Positions 19,900 to 34,060 of a stretch of 57,360 nucleotides of DNA are shown here, piece after piece. The stretch's first letter is position 1; each line of letters starts with the position of its first letter. The notes beneath the pieces were generated by a model. The model made no database searches. It was not told the DNA's origin and saw nothing but the letters and a program-made list of their open reading frames with translations. Both the position numbers and the translations under genes were made by a program. Source of the stretch: Balamuthia mandrillaris (taxonomy: Eukaryota); the NCBI GenBank assembly GCA_031835245.2, contig JAVKOQ020000031.1:248001-305360 (forward strand), written 5' to 3'.

Positions 19900-20254
19900 G
19901 TAACCAAAATATACAAACAAAAATAACATTTGCATAGATGACTGCATTCTTCTGTTCTTCATCCCTCCTCTTCCTCCGACATTATCGTTTGTCGTTTTTC
20001 TTTTCCAGATTCACTTCCTTGGGACTGCTCTGCTGTAATGCACTCGTAATTTCTCCCGCCAAACTCACGTCGTCATGGGAATGGAGGGATGAAAGGAATG
20101 CATAGAATGGCAAAAATGTTTTATGAGGGGTAATTTGGAGACCTCATTGTTTGTTGGCAGAACAAAAAAAAAAGCGGAGGCGAAAAGAAAGCGTGAAGGA
20201 GAGAGAGACAGAAACAACGAGGCCTCACACACAAAAACAAAGTAGCAGCACAAG

Positions 20255-21499
<1,245 letters not shown>

Positions 21500-21702
21500 A
21501 CAGTATTCTCCTCTATCTTTTAAAAAAATGCTTCGAAAAAGCCGGGGCTCTAGCAGCAGAGAAGAGGAAGAGAGCAAAAAAAAAAAGCGAGGGGTGAGAA
21601 GAAGAGAGTTACGGAATAAAAGAAAGAGGTTGAGGACGGAGTGGGTTTATTCGATGCCAGCTGTTCGAACGTGAGTACACACAATGCGGGGTGAGTCGTC
21701 AT

Positions 21703-22151
21703 TTAGACATCTTCAACCACGTTCGTCACCAATCCCTTGAAGTCAGCCACAGGAACCCATGTGACCAATGTGTACATCTGTTCCTTGGCGTCCTCATCCT
21801 CGTTCCTCTTGCGGGCAAGTCGCACGCGAACACGGCGGGGCACATTCCTGACACCCTTAGACCACAGGAACTGGTTAAGACGAACGTCAAGACGGACGTC
21901 AGAGGTGCCCATGGTAGTCTGAGCGAACTTGCGGATCTCCTTTATGGCACGGGGAGCCCTCTTCTTGAACTGGCTGTACTCATCAAAAAATACAAGTCAA
22001 TCACCGGAACAACAGAATCCAGATTTTTGTCTCTCCTAGAAAAACAAAAGGAGGGGAGAACGTACAGTCCATGGATGCGCTTGTGCAAGTGAATGGTGTA
22101 TTCACGAGTCACAGCCGTGTTGGTGTTGGCCTTCTTCTTCTCCTTAGGCAT
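21703..22151 (-). CDS. RPL31: 60S ribosomal protein L31 (eL31), 2 coding exons
   Basis: [15 protein letters not shown]/..[16 protein letters not shown]...[40 protein letters not shown]. Confidence 0.98.
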
Positions 22152-22432
22152 CCTGGTGCTGTGTGTTCACGTCGACGAAACGCAAGGGTTGGTCCTGGGG
22201 TCTGCTGAACAAAAATAAATAAGAAAAAGAAAGAGAGGGGAAGGATGGAGGATACGGGGTGAGGCGCGCAGGCAGCGGCCTACGTCAGGCAGTCCTAAAT
22301 ATGGGTACCATGATGTCATTTCCTGAGGGGTAGTAGTTGATTACAGGAAAGGAATTTTTTGTGATAAAACAAAAAGGAAAAAGAAAAAGTAGCCAAAGGA
22401 ACATAAGAGCGCCCTTTTTTTTTTTTTTGAGG

Positions 22433-22858
22433 ATGAGCGAAGACTACGAAGAGACGTTGCTGGTGATTAAAGAATGCTTTGTTTACAAGATCCCACCTCG
22501 GCCTTCAGCAGAGGGTTACAAGTGAGTCTATCGTTTTGGTTCCCCTTTTCCCTTATTTTTTTAAAAGATGAGCTAATTTTTTTTCTTTCCCCACTACGAC
22601 TTGCTATGCACCTATCTTTTAACAAAAAGAGCGCATGATTGGAATCTTAAGAACTTTATTTGGTCTGGAAGGCTGGCTATCAAGACCAAGGGAGACATTT
22701 GTGTTATTCGTCTGGAAGACCCAAACACTGGTTTCATCTCCTTCTCTCTTCTTCCAAAGTCCACTTTCCTCTTCTGTTTTTTTCTTCTCTCTTCGTTTTT
22801 TTTGTTTCTCTCTTGGTCATTTCCTCTTTTTTTTGGTGCTTTGTTTTTGTTTTCTCTC

Positions 22859-22905
<47 letters not shown>

Positions 22906-23779
22906 GCTGTTCCTCCGTTGTGGTAGTTTTTGCAAACTGAATCAAGCTCAACCACTTATTATCTCGTAATAACTCAAAACAGGCCAAGTCTTTGCCATTT
23001 GTCCCGTGAATACTACTGGGCCGCAAGCAGTAGAGCCTGTGCTCGACAGCAGTCGTTATTTCGTGCTGAGAATAGAGGATGGGCGAGGCCACCACGCCTT
23101 TATTGGCATGGGCTTTACTGAGCGCTCTGAGGCTTTTGATTTCAACGTCGCTTTGCAGGAGCACGCCAAGTATGTTTTGTGGATATTCCTGTGTTTTTTT
23201 TTTGCTATTTCTTTTGTCACTGTCTCTCTTTTTCTGTTTCTGTCTTCTGCAGTGCTCAATTCAAAAACTCAATAGGGAAGTCCAACGAAGAAAAGACGAA
23301 AGGGAAGGCAAGAGCGCCATCTTGACACAACCTTTGCAAGATCTCAGCCTGAAGGAAGGCCAAACGCTAAAAGTTAACATCAAGGTACGGTGAACTCCTT
23401 TTATTCTTTTTGAGACCTCTTTCTCTCTCCAACGAAAATCTCACAACCACGTAAACAAATACAGACCAGCAAATCAACTACCAAAAAGACAGGCAGTCCA
23501 GGGGCAGGACGTTCGAACTTTGGTGGTGGTGGAGGCCTCCTTCCACCTCCTCCAGGAGGAAAGAGCACTACCTCTCGTTCTTCCTCTTCCAAGCAAACCT
23601 CCTCTCCAAAGTCTGACAGCTCATTTGGCTGGACTGACTTTTCATCGACCAGGTTTGTTGGATGCCTCTATTTCGCACTTTTTATTCTTGCTTTTTACTG
23701 ACTCCCTCATCTCTGTTCTCTTATTTCTTCTTTCAGCGGCGGTGGAGGACAGTCAAACAGCAATTGGTCCAGCTTTTAA
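22433..23779 (+). CDS. NECAP: NECAP (adaptin ear-binding coat-associated protein), multi-exon
   Basis: [90 protein letters not shown]-terminal WxxF (NWSSF*). Confidence 0.96.
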
Positions 23780-23917
23780 TGCACTTCTTTGCGCCGTTCG
23801 TGTAAAGTTAGTCGCTGGGTTATTGCTTTCCTTATTTTTTGCATGACGACGATGTGTGGACAAAACGTTTCTTCTCTCTTTTTTATTTTATACCCCTTTG
23901 CTTTCTTCTTCCTCTCC

Positions 23918-23956
<39 letters not shown>

Positions 23957-24248
23957 TTCTTTTCGTTTCGTTCTTTGCACTCTCAGTGCAGATAAAACAA
24001 CCAACCAATCTACAAACGGAAGGAAGGGGTATTTATCCTTCATTTCTTTTTTGATGTCTATGTACAACATAAACTGCCTTTCCCTTCTTCTTTTCTCCTT
24101 CTTCTTGAAGATCTTCAATCCATCTTCTTCCTTCTTTTTCATTTCTTTTTTCTTAACAAACGAAATACTGCTCCATGAACATCTTCAAACAGTACAGCAA
24201 AAAACCACATAAACAAGATAACACATGATGAGCGGAAGGAGAGACCTA

Positions 24249-25482
24249 CTAGACGAGATACTTCTTCCAGAAGAGAGCGGTGATAAGGAAGAGCAGTGCT
24301 ACGATCACATAGTCCAACCTTCGTAACGTGCTCTCTGTTACAACGATGGCGTTTGGTGCGATTGCTGCTGCTGCAACTTGGGGTTGTAGTTGTTGTCTTA
24401 ATACTTCCTGTTGGTGTCGCTGTTGAAGTTGTGGCGATTGTGGTAGTTGTTGTTCTTGTCTATCGTTCTCTACTGTGGCAACTGTTGATCCCCTCTCTGC
24501 CTCTTCTTCCTTTGTCGCTGCCTCTTCATCTTTTTCCTTTTCCTTTTCCTTTTGTTGTTGTAATGATGCGTCCGCGCTTCTTTTCCCACTTTCTGTTGTT
24601 TGACCAGAGCCACTACCACCGCTTGTGCTGCTGCTGCTGCTGCTGTTGCTGTTGTTGGAAGAAGTGGCTTCGCCCGCGAAGATAAAAGGTGGAAGGTCTT
24701 CCTCGATAGGAGTGGAGGGACACTCAGAAGGAGAGGGGAGGGCGGTGGCGTTGCAGATACCGCAACGCGGACAGACGTAGGATACGCTCTTCTTGGCCAG
24801 TTGTTGCCGCTCCTCGGGCGTGTAGTCCAACGCCCCGATGGCGCCCTCCCCTTTGGTTGGCATGAACCCTATCAACGCCACCAACACGGTTCGTACTACA
24901 AATATGGCAGCAGATATTATAGGATAGCCCAAAGAAAGAAGGAGACACATAAGGAAGAAGGGGAGGAAGACGTACTGCTCCAGGAGGGTTGCCAAAACTC
25001 AGGATGATGGGCAGAAATGGTCAAACAGATCTTGGTACCAACCTCGAACCGGCCGTTTGCCTGGCATACGTGTAGTGTTAGTATTTAAGGTTTGTTTTTA
25101 AATAACAAAACGAGAGCATGAAAGAAGAGAGCAGAGTGGCAAAGAACCAAAGATGATGACTTACGGTCAGGAGAATGATGTTTGGAGGTTTGAACGGGTA
25201 GTCTGCAGGTAGCAATATCCTGCCATGATAGATGCCGCCTTCAAAACTTGTTCCAGGTGGACCTCTTATCGTAAAATGCCACTCAAAGAGGTTATCCTGA
25301 AAAAAAAAAGAAAACCATTAGATGGCTCCCACCCCATCCTCATCCTCAAAATCGCTTCAAAAAAAAGTAGGCTATACCTCCAATGGAGAGGCCGTCCAAT
25401 CGGGGCTGGGAGACTTTTGCATCTCCTTCACCTCCTGCAGGATCCGTTTGATGGAAGGATTGTTCTTGTTATACTGCTGCAT
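24249..25482 (-). CDS. UBE2J1: ER-anchored ubiquitin-conjugating enzyme E2 J1 (Ubc6 family), multi-exon
   Basis: YNKNNPSIKRILQEVKEM, NLFEWHFTIRGPPGTSFEGGIYHGRILLPADYPFKPP, NGRFEVGTKICLTISAHHPEFWQPSWS, GAIGALDY, C-terminal TM helix. Confidence 0.95.
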
Positions 25483-25920
25483 GGCGTCGTCCCTCCAGCT
25501 CCACCCCCCCCGTAGGCGTTTCACCCTTTTTTTTTAAAAAATGTGGTTCAACTCTTTGAAGAAGAGATTTTGTTTCTCTCTCTCTACTCTTTCCCTACTT
25601 TTTTTTCATTAGGCCACGTATTTAATGTAGACAATACAGCAACATTTCTGCAGCAATGCTGCTGCGCGAACCTCATGCTGCCCAATTGCAGCAAAAATGG
25701 TGCACCTATTGACCACCACAGCTCCAAAAAAAATTAACGAACAAATAACAAAAAAGAAAAGAAAGAGCGGAAGGAAGGCAAGGAAACAAACAAACCACAG
25801 AATCTCTTCTTCTTTTGCTTCTGCTTCTGCTTCTGCTTCTGCTTTGTGCGGAGAGCGACAAAAATAAGGGGTGTCGCTACTATTTCTATTTATTAATTTT
25901 TTTTGAAGAAAATGAGGCGG

Positions 25921-26549
25921 ATGAAAAAGAAGTACCAGACAAAGTTTCCAATGGTTTGTTTGCTGTGTTTTTTTTGGGATCTGGGCGTACTTATGGTGTT
26001 AACTTTTTTTTTGGGTTCTAGGCTCGGATAAAAAAGATCATGCAATCGGACGAGGAGGTAGGCAAGATCGCCATGGCCACACCTATCTTGATGTGTAAGT
26101 TTCATCTTTTTCTCCTTTTTTTTGATCTCTATCTCAAACTTTTGCCCATCAGCGAAAAGTTTGGAGTTGTTCATGCAAGACCTTATCAACGAGATTGCTG
26201 CTGTTACAAAAGAAAAGAAAGGAGCAACCATGACACTGCCTCACCTGTGCGTTTTTCTCTTTCTCTCTCGCTTCTCTGTTTTTCTTTCTTCCCTCTCGCT
26301 CTCTCGCTCTCGCTCTTTCTCTCCTCCTTCTGTGTTATCTAACCCCCGTGTTGGCAAAACGCAGGAAGCATTGCGTCGATAGAAACGAACGTTTTGACTT
26401 TTTGGCTGATATTGTGCAGTCCATTCCAACTGTTGAAGACACGAAACTAGAAAAGCGTGGTCGACCCAGGTTTGTGTCTCTTTTATTTAATACTCCTCTT
26501 TATCGACTCACATCTCTTGTTCTCTCGTCTTCGCTTCTGATTCGCTGTC

Positions 26550-26600
<51 letters not shown>

Positions 26601-27102
26601 ATTTCACAGGGGCAGTGGTCAGGCCACAAAAGGAGAACCCAGTCCTTCATCCCCATTGTTAACTTCCGCAAGCACAACAACAGCCTCTTCAACCACAACC
26701 AGTAGTGCTGGTGGTGGATTATCTTTCTTGAGAGGAGGAGGAAGCTTCGCACCATCATCAATAACATCATTACCATCAAGACCAACATCAACAGTAGGAG
26801 TGAAACGAGGAAGAGAAGAGGAGGATGAAGAGGAAGATGATGAAGCAGAAGAAGAGGATGACGAGGAGACAGGCGAGGAAGAAGAAGAGGATGGAGCTCC
26901 CGAAGTGAAAGAGGAACAAACAGCGTTTGAAGAAGAGGAACTGGAGCACGGACAACAAGGAGGCGGGGGAGGAGGTCCTCCATCGACGACAACACACAGG
27001 AACACACGCATCGCTGACCTGATCAACGAGCAGAATGAGGAATGCACCGAAGAGCGGTTTTGGGAGCAAGGCCTTGTTGTCATGCCTAAGAAAGAGAAGT
27101 AA
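25921..27102 (+). CDS. DRAP1: NC2 alpha / Dr1-associated corepressor (histone fold) with acidic tail, multi-exon
   Basis: MKKKYQTKFPM/ARIKKIMQSDEEVGKIAMATPILM/SKSLELFMQDL..HL/KHCV...ERFDFLADIV. Confidence 0.93.
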
Positions 27103-27572
27103 TCACCATCAAACAGTTCTTTCATGTGTTCTCCGTTAGTGAAGGAAGGAAAGAGAGAGAGAGAGATATCATGAAGGAAGGAAGGAAAGAAAGAAACGAC
27201 AAGAAAGCAAGGAAGGAAGGAAAAGGGGTGGTGGCAAGCATGAATAACGCGGAATGTGATTCAATCACAAAAAAGGAGGAATGTAATGAGACCCTTGGGT
27301 TGTTGGCGAGGCAATCAATGAGCCACTCACTGACAGTGGTAGTGATGTTGAAAATGTAAATGGTGTTGTTGAGTGCTCGCTTGATTGGGCGGATTCTCGC
27401 TTTCTGGCCCATCAGAACTTGCAGCCACCGCCACACAAGAGCCGATGAGTAGGTCTCTGTGACGACAAAAGAACAAGGCTTGCTCTGTGGGTGGTTATTT
27501 GCAATAACATTTTTTTTTGTTTTCTAAAGGGTTTCAACAGAGCGGCAACATCATTCAACGAAGCGCAAATTT

Positions 27573-30500
27573 TTAGGGAGAAGAGGAGCAAGAGGAAGGA
27601 ACGGAGGTGACAGAACCACGGCGGCGAGGAGAGGAGGTGGCTGAGGAAGATGAGGGAGGGAAGAGGATCGAGGAGGTAGAGGCAGAGAGGCCGAGGAAGG
27701 ACGAGGAGGAGGCAGAACGGATGGTGGCATGAGGATGCGTCGGAGAAGAATGCAGAGCGAGGCTTTTGCGAGAGGCCAGAGAAAGACGGGAGTGGGAGCG
27801 CCTCTTGCGGTTGCGTACAGTGATGGAGCCTGACTGAGAAGAGAGAGTCATCTCTGCTTCACTCTCTCCGCTGCCGCTGTAGCCATCCTCCAGATGTTTG
27901 TTGCGACGACCCTTTCCGAACAAGCTTCGATGATTGTCAATGAGGTGTTGCAAAAGAAGAGCTGGCTTGTGGGCGAAGAAGGTGTCGTTGATACAAGGGT
28001 CCTCATCACAGGGTCGCGCAAAGAACGGCCCAAAGAGAAGCGCCAATTCCATGGAAGTGAGACCGTTGAATTCGGCATGCTGCGCCACTTTGGCAAAGAA
28101 TCGCACCACGTACTTCAACAGTTGCAACTCCTCACTTGGTAGCCTTGGCAGTATCTTGTGACGCAAATAGTTGGTGAGATGAGGCGCTGCCCCTTGTAGC
28201 TCATCCTCCTCGCTTTCGTCTGTGGACACAGAGACATCCAATATTCCGCCCATTCCAGAAATGCTGTCGGACCGTCCAGGGATTAGTGAGGATGATCGAA
28301 GCGCTTCTCGTGTGTTGAGAGAAAGGGAACGGGATGAATGCGAGAGTGAAGATCGGATGACGGACGTAAGTGCAACATCTTTCGGTACAGCAGAAGCGCT
28401 GCTTAGCCGCCGTTCTCTCACGTTGATATCAAGCAGTGGCTCCTCTGTTCCCACGTCCATATGTACAAGCTTGCGATACAAGGCTGCCGGGCAGATTGGT
28501 TTTGGCAGCGATAGCAGGTATTGTCTGAGCAGAGCAGCAGCATCGAGTGGGTCCACGTTCGTCATGTCGATTTCCATGCCTTTGCAGGAAGAGAAGGAAC
28601 AGAATTAGCATCCATTGGTAAGTTAGGAAGAAAGAGCAAGAGCAATCACATTTGTCAAACTGAAGTTGCAGGGAACGAATCTTGGTGATGTCTCCAACTG
28701 CCACAAATAGACCTTGCATGCTCAGCACTGTAGTTGTTTTTCAGTGTCATAATTGTCACCGGTCAGGCAAGGACTCAAGCAGGAGAACAACAAAAGGACG
28801 CAATCTTACCTTGAGAGAGGAGAGTTATGGTATAGGTTACTACTCGCGGCAGTTTAGTCCCTTCCTTGCTCAGCACGTCCCGTAGTGGCACTCCAAACAC
28901 TTGCATTGTGTATAAAGTTACCGATAAGAGGATTCAGGCAGTGGAAAAAGCGATATATACCTCCTAGTACAAGACCCTGCTGAGCCTTGGATCGTTGCAG
29001 CTCGGAAAAGGCATGATACCAAGACTCGAACTCATCTCTGGCACTCTCGGTCAGCGTAGAGAGTTTTCCACTCCCATCAGTCACGTTGAACTTGATTTTA
29101 GTTACTAAGAATTTCATTGTGAGATGGCAAGTCGTTCAAACAAGAGAAGAGGAGATGAAGAAAAGAGAAGAGGAGAGAGGATGAAGAGAACGATGAGAGA
29201 GGAGAGAAGAGAGAAAAAGCGAGCAGCTAACCACAATTCTTCTGCATGGAAGTAGCCTTGCCAAGCCAGCTTGTGGACTTGGAGACTAACCGCACATCTA
29301 ATTTGTCCAGCTGGATAGTTTTCGTATGGCGATAGCGATGATAAGGCTGAGGAGAAGAGCTAGAAGAAGCATTCGTTTGTTTGGAGCTATTTAGGCGAAG
29401 CATGCCAGTCGATTTTCGGTGTGCAGCTTTGCATAATACAAGCATATCGTTGAAGAGGAAGGCAAAGCAATTTACTTTGTCGATTTTGAGGCTGCCTTCC
29501 TTCAACAGAACACGATGCCGCAGTTTCAGGTTCAACGGCCGTTCTGAGAAGATGGACTGCTCAACTCGATGCAACATGGCATGATCCTCTGATTCCTGCC
29601 CTCGCACCAAGAGATGTTGTCGTAGCTCCTTGAGCACCACCAGAAAGCCTATCAAGTTATCGTAGTCTTTATGCAGCAGCGCTGTGTTCTTTATAATTCT
29701 CTGCGAGTGGTTTAAACAAAACAATGAATTTAGGTCTTATCCTACATGAACGCCAACGTTGTTGCAAGTACGTACTCTTATCGGTGCTTCGTATTTAGAG
29801 ATGTGGTTCAGAGGCAGCGTGATCAATCCTTTCAAGTCAGAGCAGTACCTTAGGCTTTGCTCGAAGCCTCTCTGCCGGAAGATAACTTGGGTTTGGGCGA
29901 ATGCCTGTATTTGCGAGTCAATATAGAAGCAAACAAAAAAAAAAAAAACAGAAAAACAAAAAAAGATGGATTGTGTTACCTCTTGTGTAAACTTTATGAA
30001 CTGAAGATCGTTTTCCAATACTATAAGCTCGTTGTCTGCAACTTTGTAGTTCAGGGCATATGCGTCATATGCTTTAAATAATGAAACCTACAATGCGCAT
30101 CAACAAAGAAAGATAGAATCAAAAATAGAACGAAATCATAGGAGGCGAGGAGAGGGAACAAGAGATGGAGAGAACGCGAGAGAGGCTAACGTTGTACAAA
30201 AGGACGTGGCCTATATTGTCCAAAAAGGGCCAGCTCTCAGCAACTTCGTCCAAAAGCCGTAAAATCTCTTTGTTGGCAATGAGAACGTCCTCGATGTTGG
30301 AGAAAATGGAGTAGAAGCTTCTCTCGGAGATGAGTGGTTTGCCTTGCTTGATTCTGGCTTTCAAGGGCTCCATGTACACGCGGACCAGGTTCATCAGGCT
30401 GAGCACGTAGGCTTGTTCGGCTTTCAGAATTTCTTGAAAGGCATCCAGGCGGGCCTGAAGTTGAGCTTTGGTCATGCCACATTCCTCAAACCGTTTTCGA

Positions 30501-33130
30501 ACGCGCCAGCCCCGCCACACTTTCTGTATGGCAATGGCGGAGCGCTGCAAGCAGGACTCACTGATGTGAGCTCTGGACGGACGCCGCCGCTCTGATGGTG
30601 TAGATATAGGTAACGAGAGGGGTGGTAATGTTGGAGCTTGCAAAGTAGAAGAGGAAGAAGTAGAAGTGGTAGTAGAAGGTGATGATGATGGCGAAGAAGA
30701 ATCAGAAAGAATAGTAGTGGTCGTTGATACTATCGTATCTTCCAGGTTGTCAACAATGGAGGAAACGTTGTCTGAAAGAGTCGTGGCAGAGGGAGTCAAA
30801 GTCGTGGGTGAGGAAGAAGAAGAGTCAGAAGGGCCTTCGGTAGAATCTTTTTGTGTGTCTCGCAAGGTGCTAGAGAGAAAGGACAGTGCAGGATCAGAGG
30901 CGACGCGTCTGGCCGGAAGGCCCTCTGCTTCCTGTTCCAGTTTATCCATCACCTTGTTGTTGGGTTTGCCGTTATTGTTGCCAGAGGAGAAAAGGCCGCG
31001 TTTTCGGTGCTTGCGAGAGGCTTTCAATACGGAACGTCCCAAGCTACCGCCGCTACCAAGGTTCTGAGCACTGCCGCCAAGGCCGCGTGGGGAAGCATGA
31101 GAGCTCGACTCCGCCTCTCCATCGCTGCTCGCCGCGTATGCTGCTCCAGAATAAAAAAGGCGACCTACAGCTGCCCTGGCAGAAGCGGCAGGTGTGGTCT
31201 TGCGCCTTGTTGGCTCTTCTATTCTCTCCTCTGCTATTGCTCCTCCTTCGCTTGGTGTGGTGGTTGCAGCATCATCGGCGGCGGAGGGAGAATGAGGCCG
31301 CCAGAGCCGTACTGTGCCGTCTAATGAAGCACTGGCGAGCTCTTCCTTCAAGAGGAACACTGTGGTGACAGGTTTGTGGTGGCCTCTGTACACGTTTATG
31401 CATTGTCCTGTCTATTATCCAAAACCGAACACGCAGTTTTGTTCAACATGGCGTGCAACCCAGAGAGAGAGCGACAACAAGAAGAAGAGGAGAGAAGCTG
31501 ACCTTTCTGTTCCACTCACGCAGCGTGTTATCAGAGGAACAGCTGTAGAGACGATCGTGGAGCAGCTCAATAGCCCTTATTCGCCCAGTGTGGCCCTCGA
31601 ATATGGCCACCTGCTTGCCTGACTATTGAGTTTTGTGAGGAGAGGAAGAAGAGAGAGATCAGTGAGCAAGAGGCGTTGCGGTGGAGAACGAATGATGAAA
31701 CTTGTTGGTTGGTGGATCTGGTACCTTCACGCTAAAGCATTTTATAGCAAAGTCGGTTTGAGCTTCTCCGTTGTAGCTGTAACAATAGTGGCCGTTAAAC
31801 TTGAACGAAGTGACCACGCTCTCCACAAAGAACACCTGCAGGCATGCTCCGCTCTTTTTTGTTTTAGAAGAAATAAAAAAAAAAGATTGTTGAGTTTTCA
31901 CTCGTCAAACTGAAGAACAAAAGGAATAAGAACCTTGCAATCCCAAGAGCGAATGGTTTTATCCCTAGAGCCGCTGTACAACAGCTCCTTCCGCATCTGC
32001 AGACAGTAGACCCAGTCCTCATGCCCCGAGAGCTCGCCCATACTCTTACCAGTCTTTTTGTTGTTGTTTGTTGATGTTAGTGTTGCTTCTCAGAGCAGAA
32101 GAGAGTGGTAGCTACCTTGGCCTCCCAGCACCGGATGCTTTTGTCCACTGAGGCTGTGAAGAGAGCGTCTCCATCGGATGAGAGGCACGCTGCCGTCACT
32201 GCATCACTGTGGCCCTCAAATATGGTGTTCCATCGCAGCGACTTGCGATAACGGTTTCGTTGGTTAGCTAACAAGCATGCAGAGAACAGGGAACAACAAC
32301 GAGAGAAGCAGAGAAGAGGGTAATCACAAACCACGACAAGAGCAGCATTATGGCGCTTGTTGGCAGAGGACCGCAAGTCCGGCAATGACGAAGTAATACT
32401 TGGAATGCGACTAGTGGAGGCCATTCGTTCTGGCAAAGGCCTTCTGACCTGTGATGGCCGCTCTGTCCGTCGGTCGGTCGGAGGAGGGGAGGGGACAGCG
32501 GAGGAAGAGGCGTATCCATCTTCCTCTTCAACCCCCCTACGAAGGTGATTCTTGTTGTGGGTGACTGGTTTGCCAGAACCAGCCTGTTTCGTGGTCCATT
32601 CTTGAGGAATGAGCCAGCTGCGGCAAGTGCCATCCGCTGAGGTCGTCCACAGCACGTCGTCCTGGATGAAGAACGACGTAATCCACTGCTTATGCCCTAT
32701 AAATATCAGATAAAAGTCTGGATACTGAATGAAGAAGTTAGAGCTGAGAGACTACCGGGTTGATAACGAGTTGCAAACAGACCTGAGGATTCCAACCGAC
32801 TACCGAGTTATCGACGGTTGATGCGAACACCAACTGATTGTGAACACGAAGAGTTTTAGCGTTGAGAGGTTTGGACTCGCTCATTGTCTCACCGTTCTGC
32901 AGAGATGGTGGCACTTGAGTTAGCATAGTTACCGCTCCTCCATTTTAGATACTACGAAGCACAGTCATGGCTATGTGGTGGGAAAGGGCAGGCATTACCT
33001 CGATATCGTAGCACCGTAGTACGCCATCGCTCTCAGACGTCACAACGACGCCAGGGGAGCAATACGGCACTGCATGGTCCACTGATTTAGCAGCTTCCAG
33101 AACTACGGTCCCTATCAGTTTCCCATTCTG
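27573..33130 (-). CDS. Large WD40-repeat / IQ / RhoGEF (DH-PH) / RhoGAP-like multidomain protein; 5' end unresolved (may extend to about 33944)
   Basis: WD40 repeats (GHKQWITSF..WTTSADGTCRSW, GHSDAVTA..FTASVDKSIRCW, GHEDWVYCL..YSGSRDKTIRSW, GHHKPVTT..ASASLDGTVRLW), IQ motif AIAIQKVWRGWRVRKRF, DH (EILKAEQAYV..L..YMEPL, SIFSNIE, LITLPLNHISKY), PH (LKEG.L..FAFLFNDMLVLCK), GAP-like (AALLRQYLLSLPKPI, NGLTSMELALLFGP). Confidence 0.85.
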
Positions 33131-34060
33131 TTTCGTCTGCATACAACCAGTTACATGAAAGGGTGCGATGCGCAAGAAAGTTATTTCCACCTACCCGTTC
33201 CTTGTGAGAGTGCGTTTTGCCTTTATTTCCTTGCCATCGTTTCGACATTTAGGTTTCGGTTGTGCAACTATGGAGTGCTCGTCCTTTTCCTCAACATACC
33301 CGCAACCTGCTCCTCTCGCAAACCCAATCCCAATTGGTGGGCGTCCTAGTACAAGCTGGCTCGTCTTTTTCTTCTCGTAGACTCTTCTTTTCGCGGCTTC
33401 CCACTGGCTTGCTTCTTTTCTTGTCTTGCGAAGAGGCGCCCCACAATTTCCTTTTTTTCGTTTGGGGGTGGTGTGGGAATAGGGACGATGGCGTTGTCCC
33501 CTGCTTTCCCAGAAAAATTCGCCAAAGTTAAGACAAAGCTGCCTCTCGTCCGCTTCTCGTTAAGCAACGGCGGTTCGACTCCCACTGCTGGCTTGATTTT
33601 TGGCAGCTTCTCTCCCTGTGCCCACCCACCCCTCCAAAGCGAATCCCGAGGAGCTGCACTTACGCGAGAGAGAGAGAGAGAGATAGGACAGAAGCGCGGG
33701 GCTCTTCAAGAATAGCAGTACATAAACACAGGAGCATTGCTCTTCAAACACTAGCAATTAAGCGCAAGGACACCTGATGTGAAGCAAGACGCACTGTCCC
33801 TCTTGAAACGGGGCAGGCATAAAGCACTTCGTGTTGGGTCTCATGTCTTTGCCTGCTCGAAGTAGGTGCATGTGTCGCTTTCTTTCCAGGCCATAACGTG
33901 GGTGAAAGGCTTTTGTTTTTTGTTGCCTGTGGTGTAGTTTTCATTATTAATGTAATGCATTACAAGAAAAGACACCCATAGTAACCTAACAGCCAAAAAC
34001 CAGGGAGATAGGAAGAAAAAAGCAGGTCAAGCGGCCGTAGAGCGTTTCCTTGAGCCGCTA

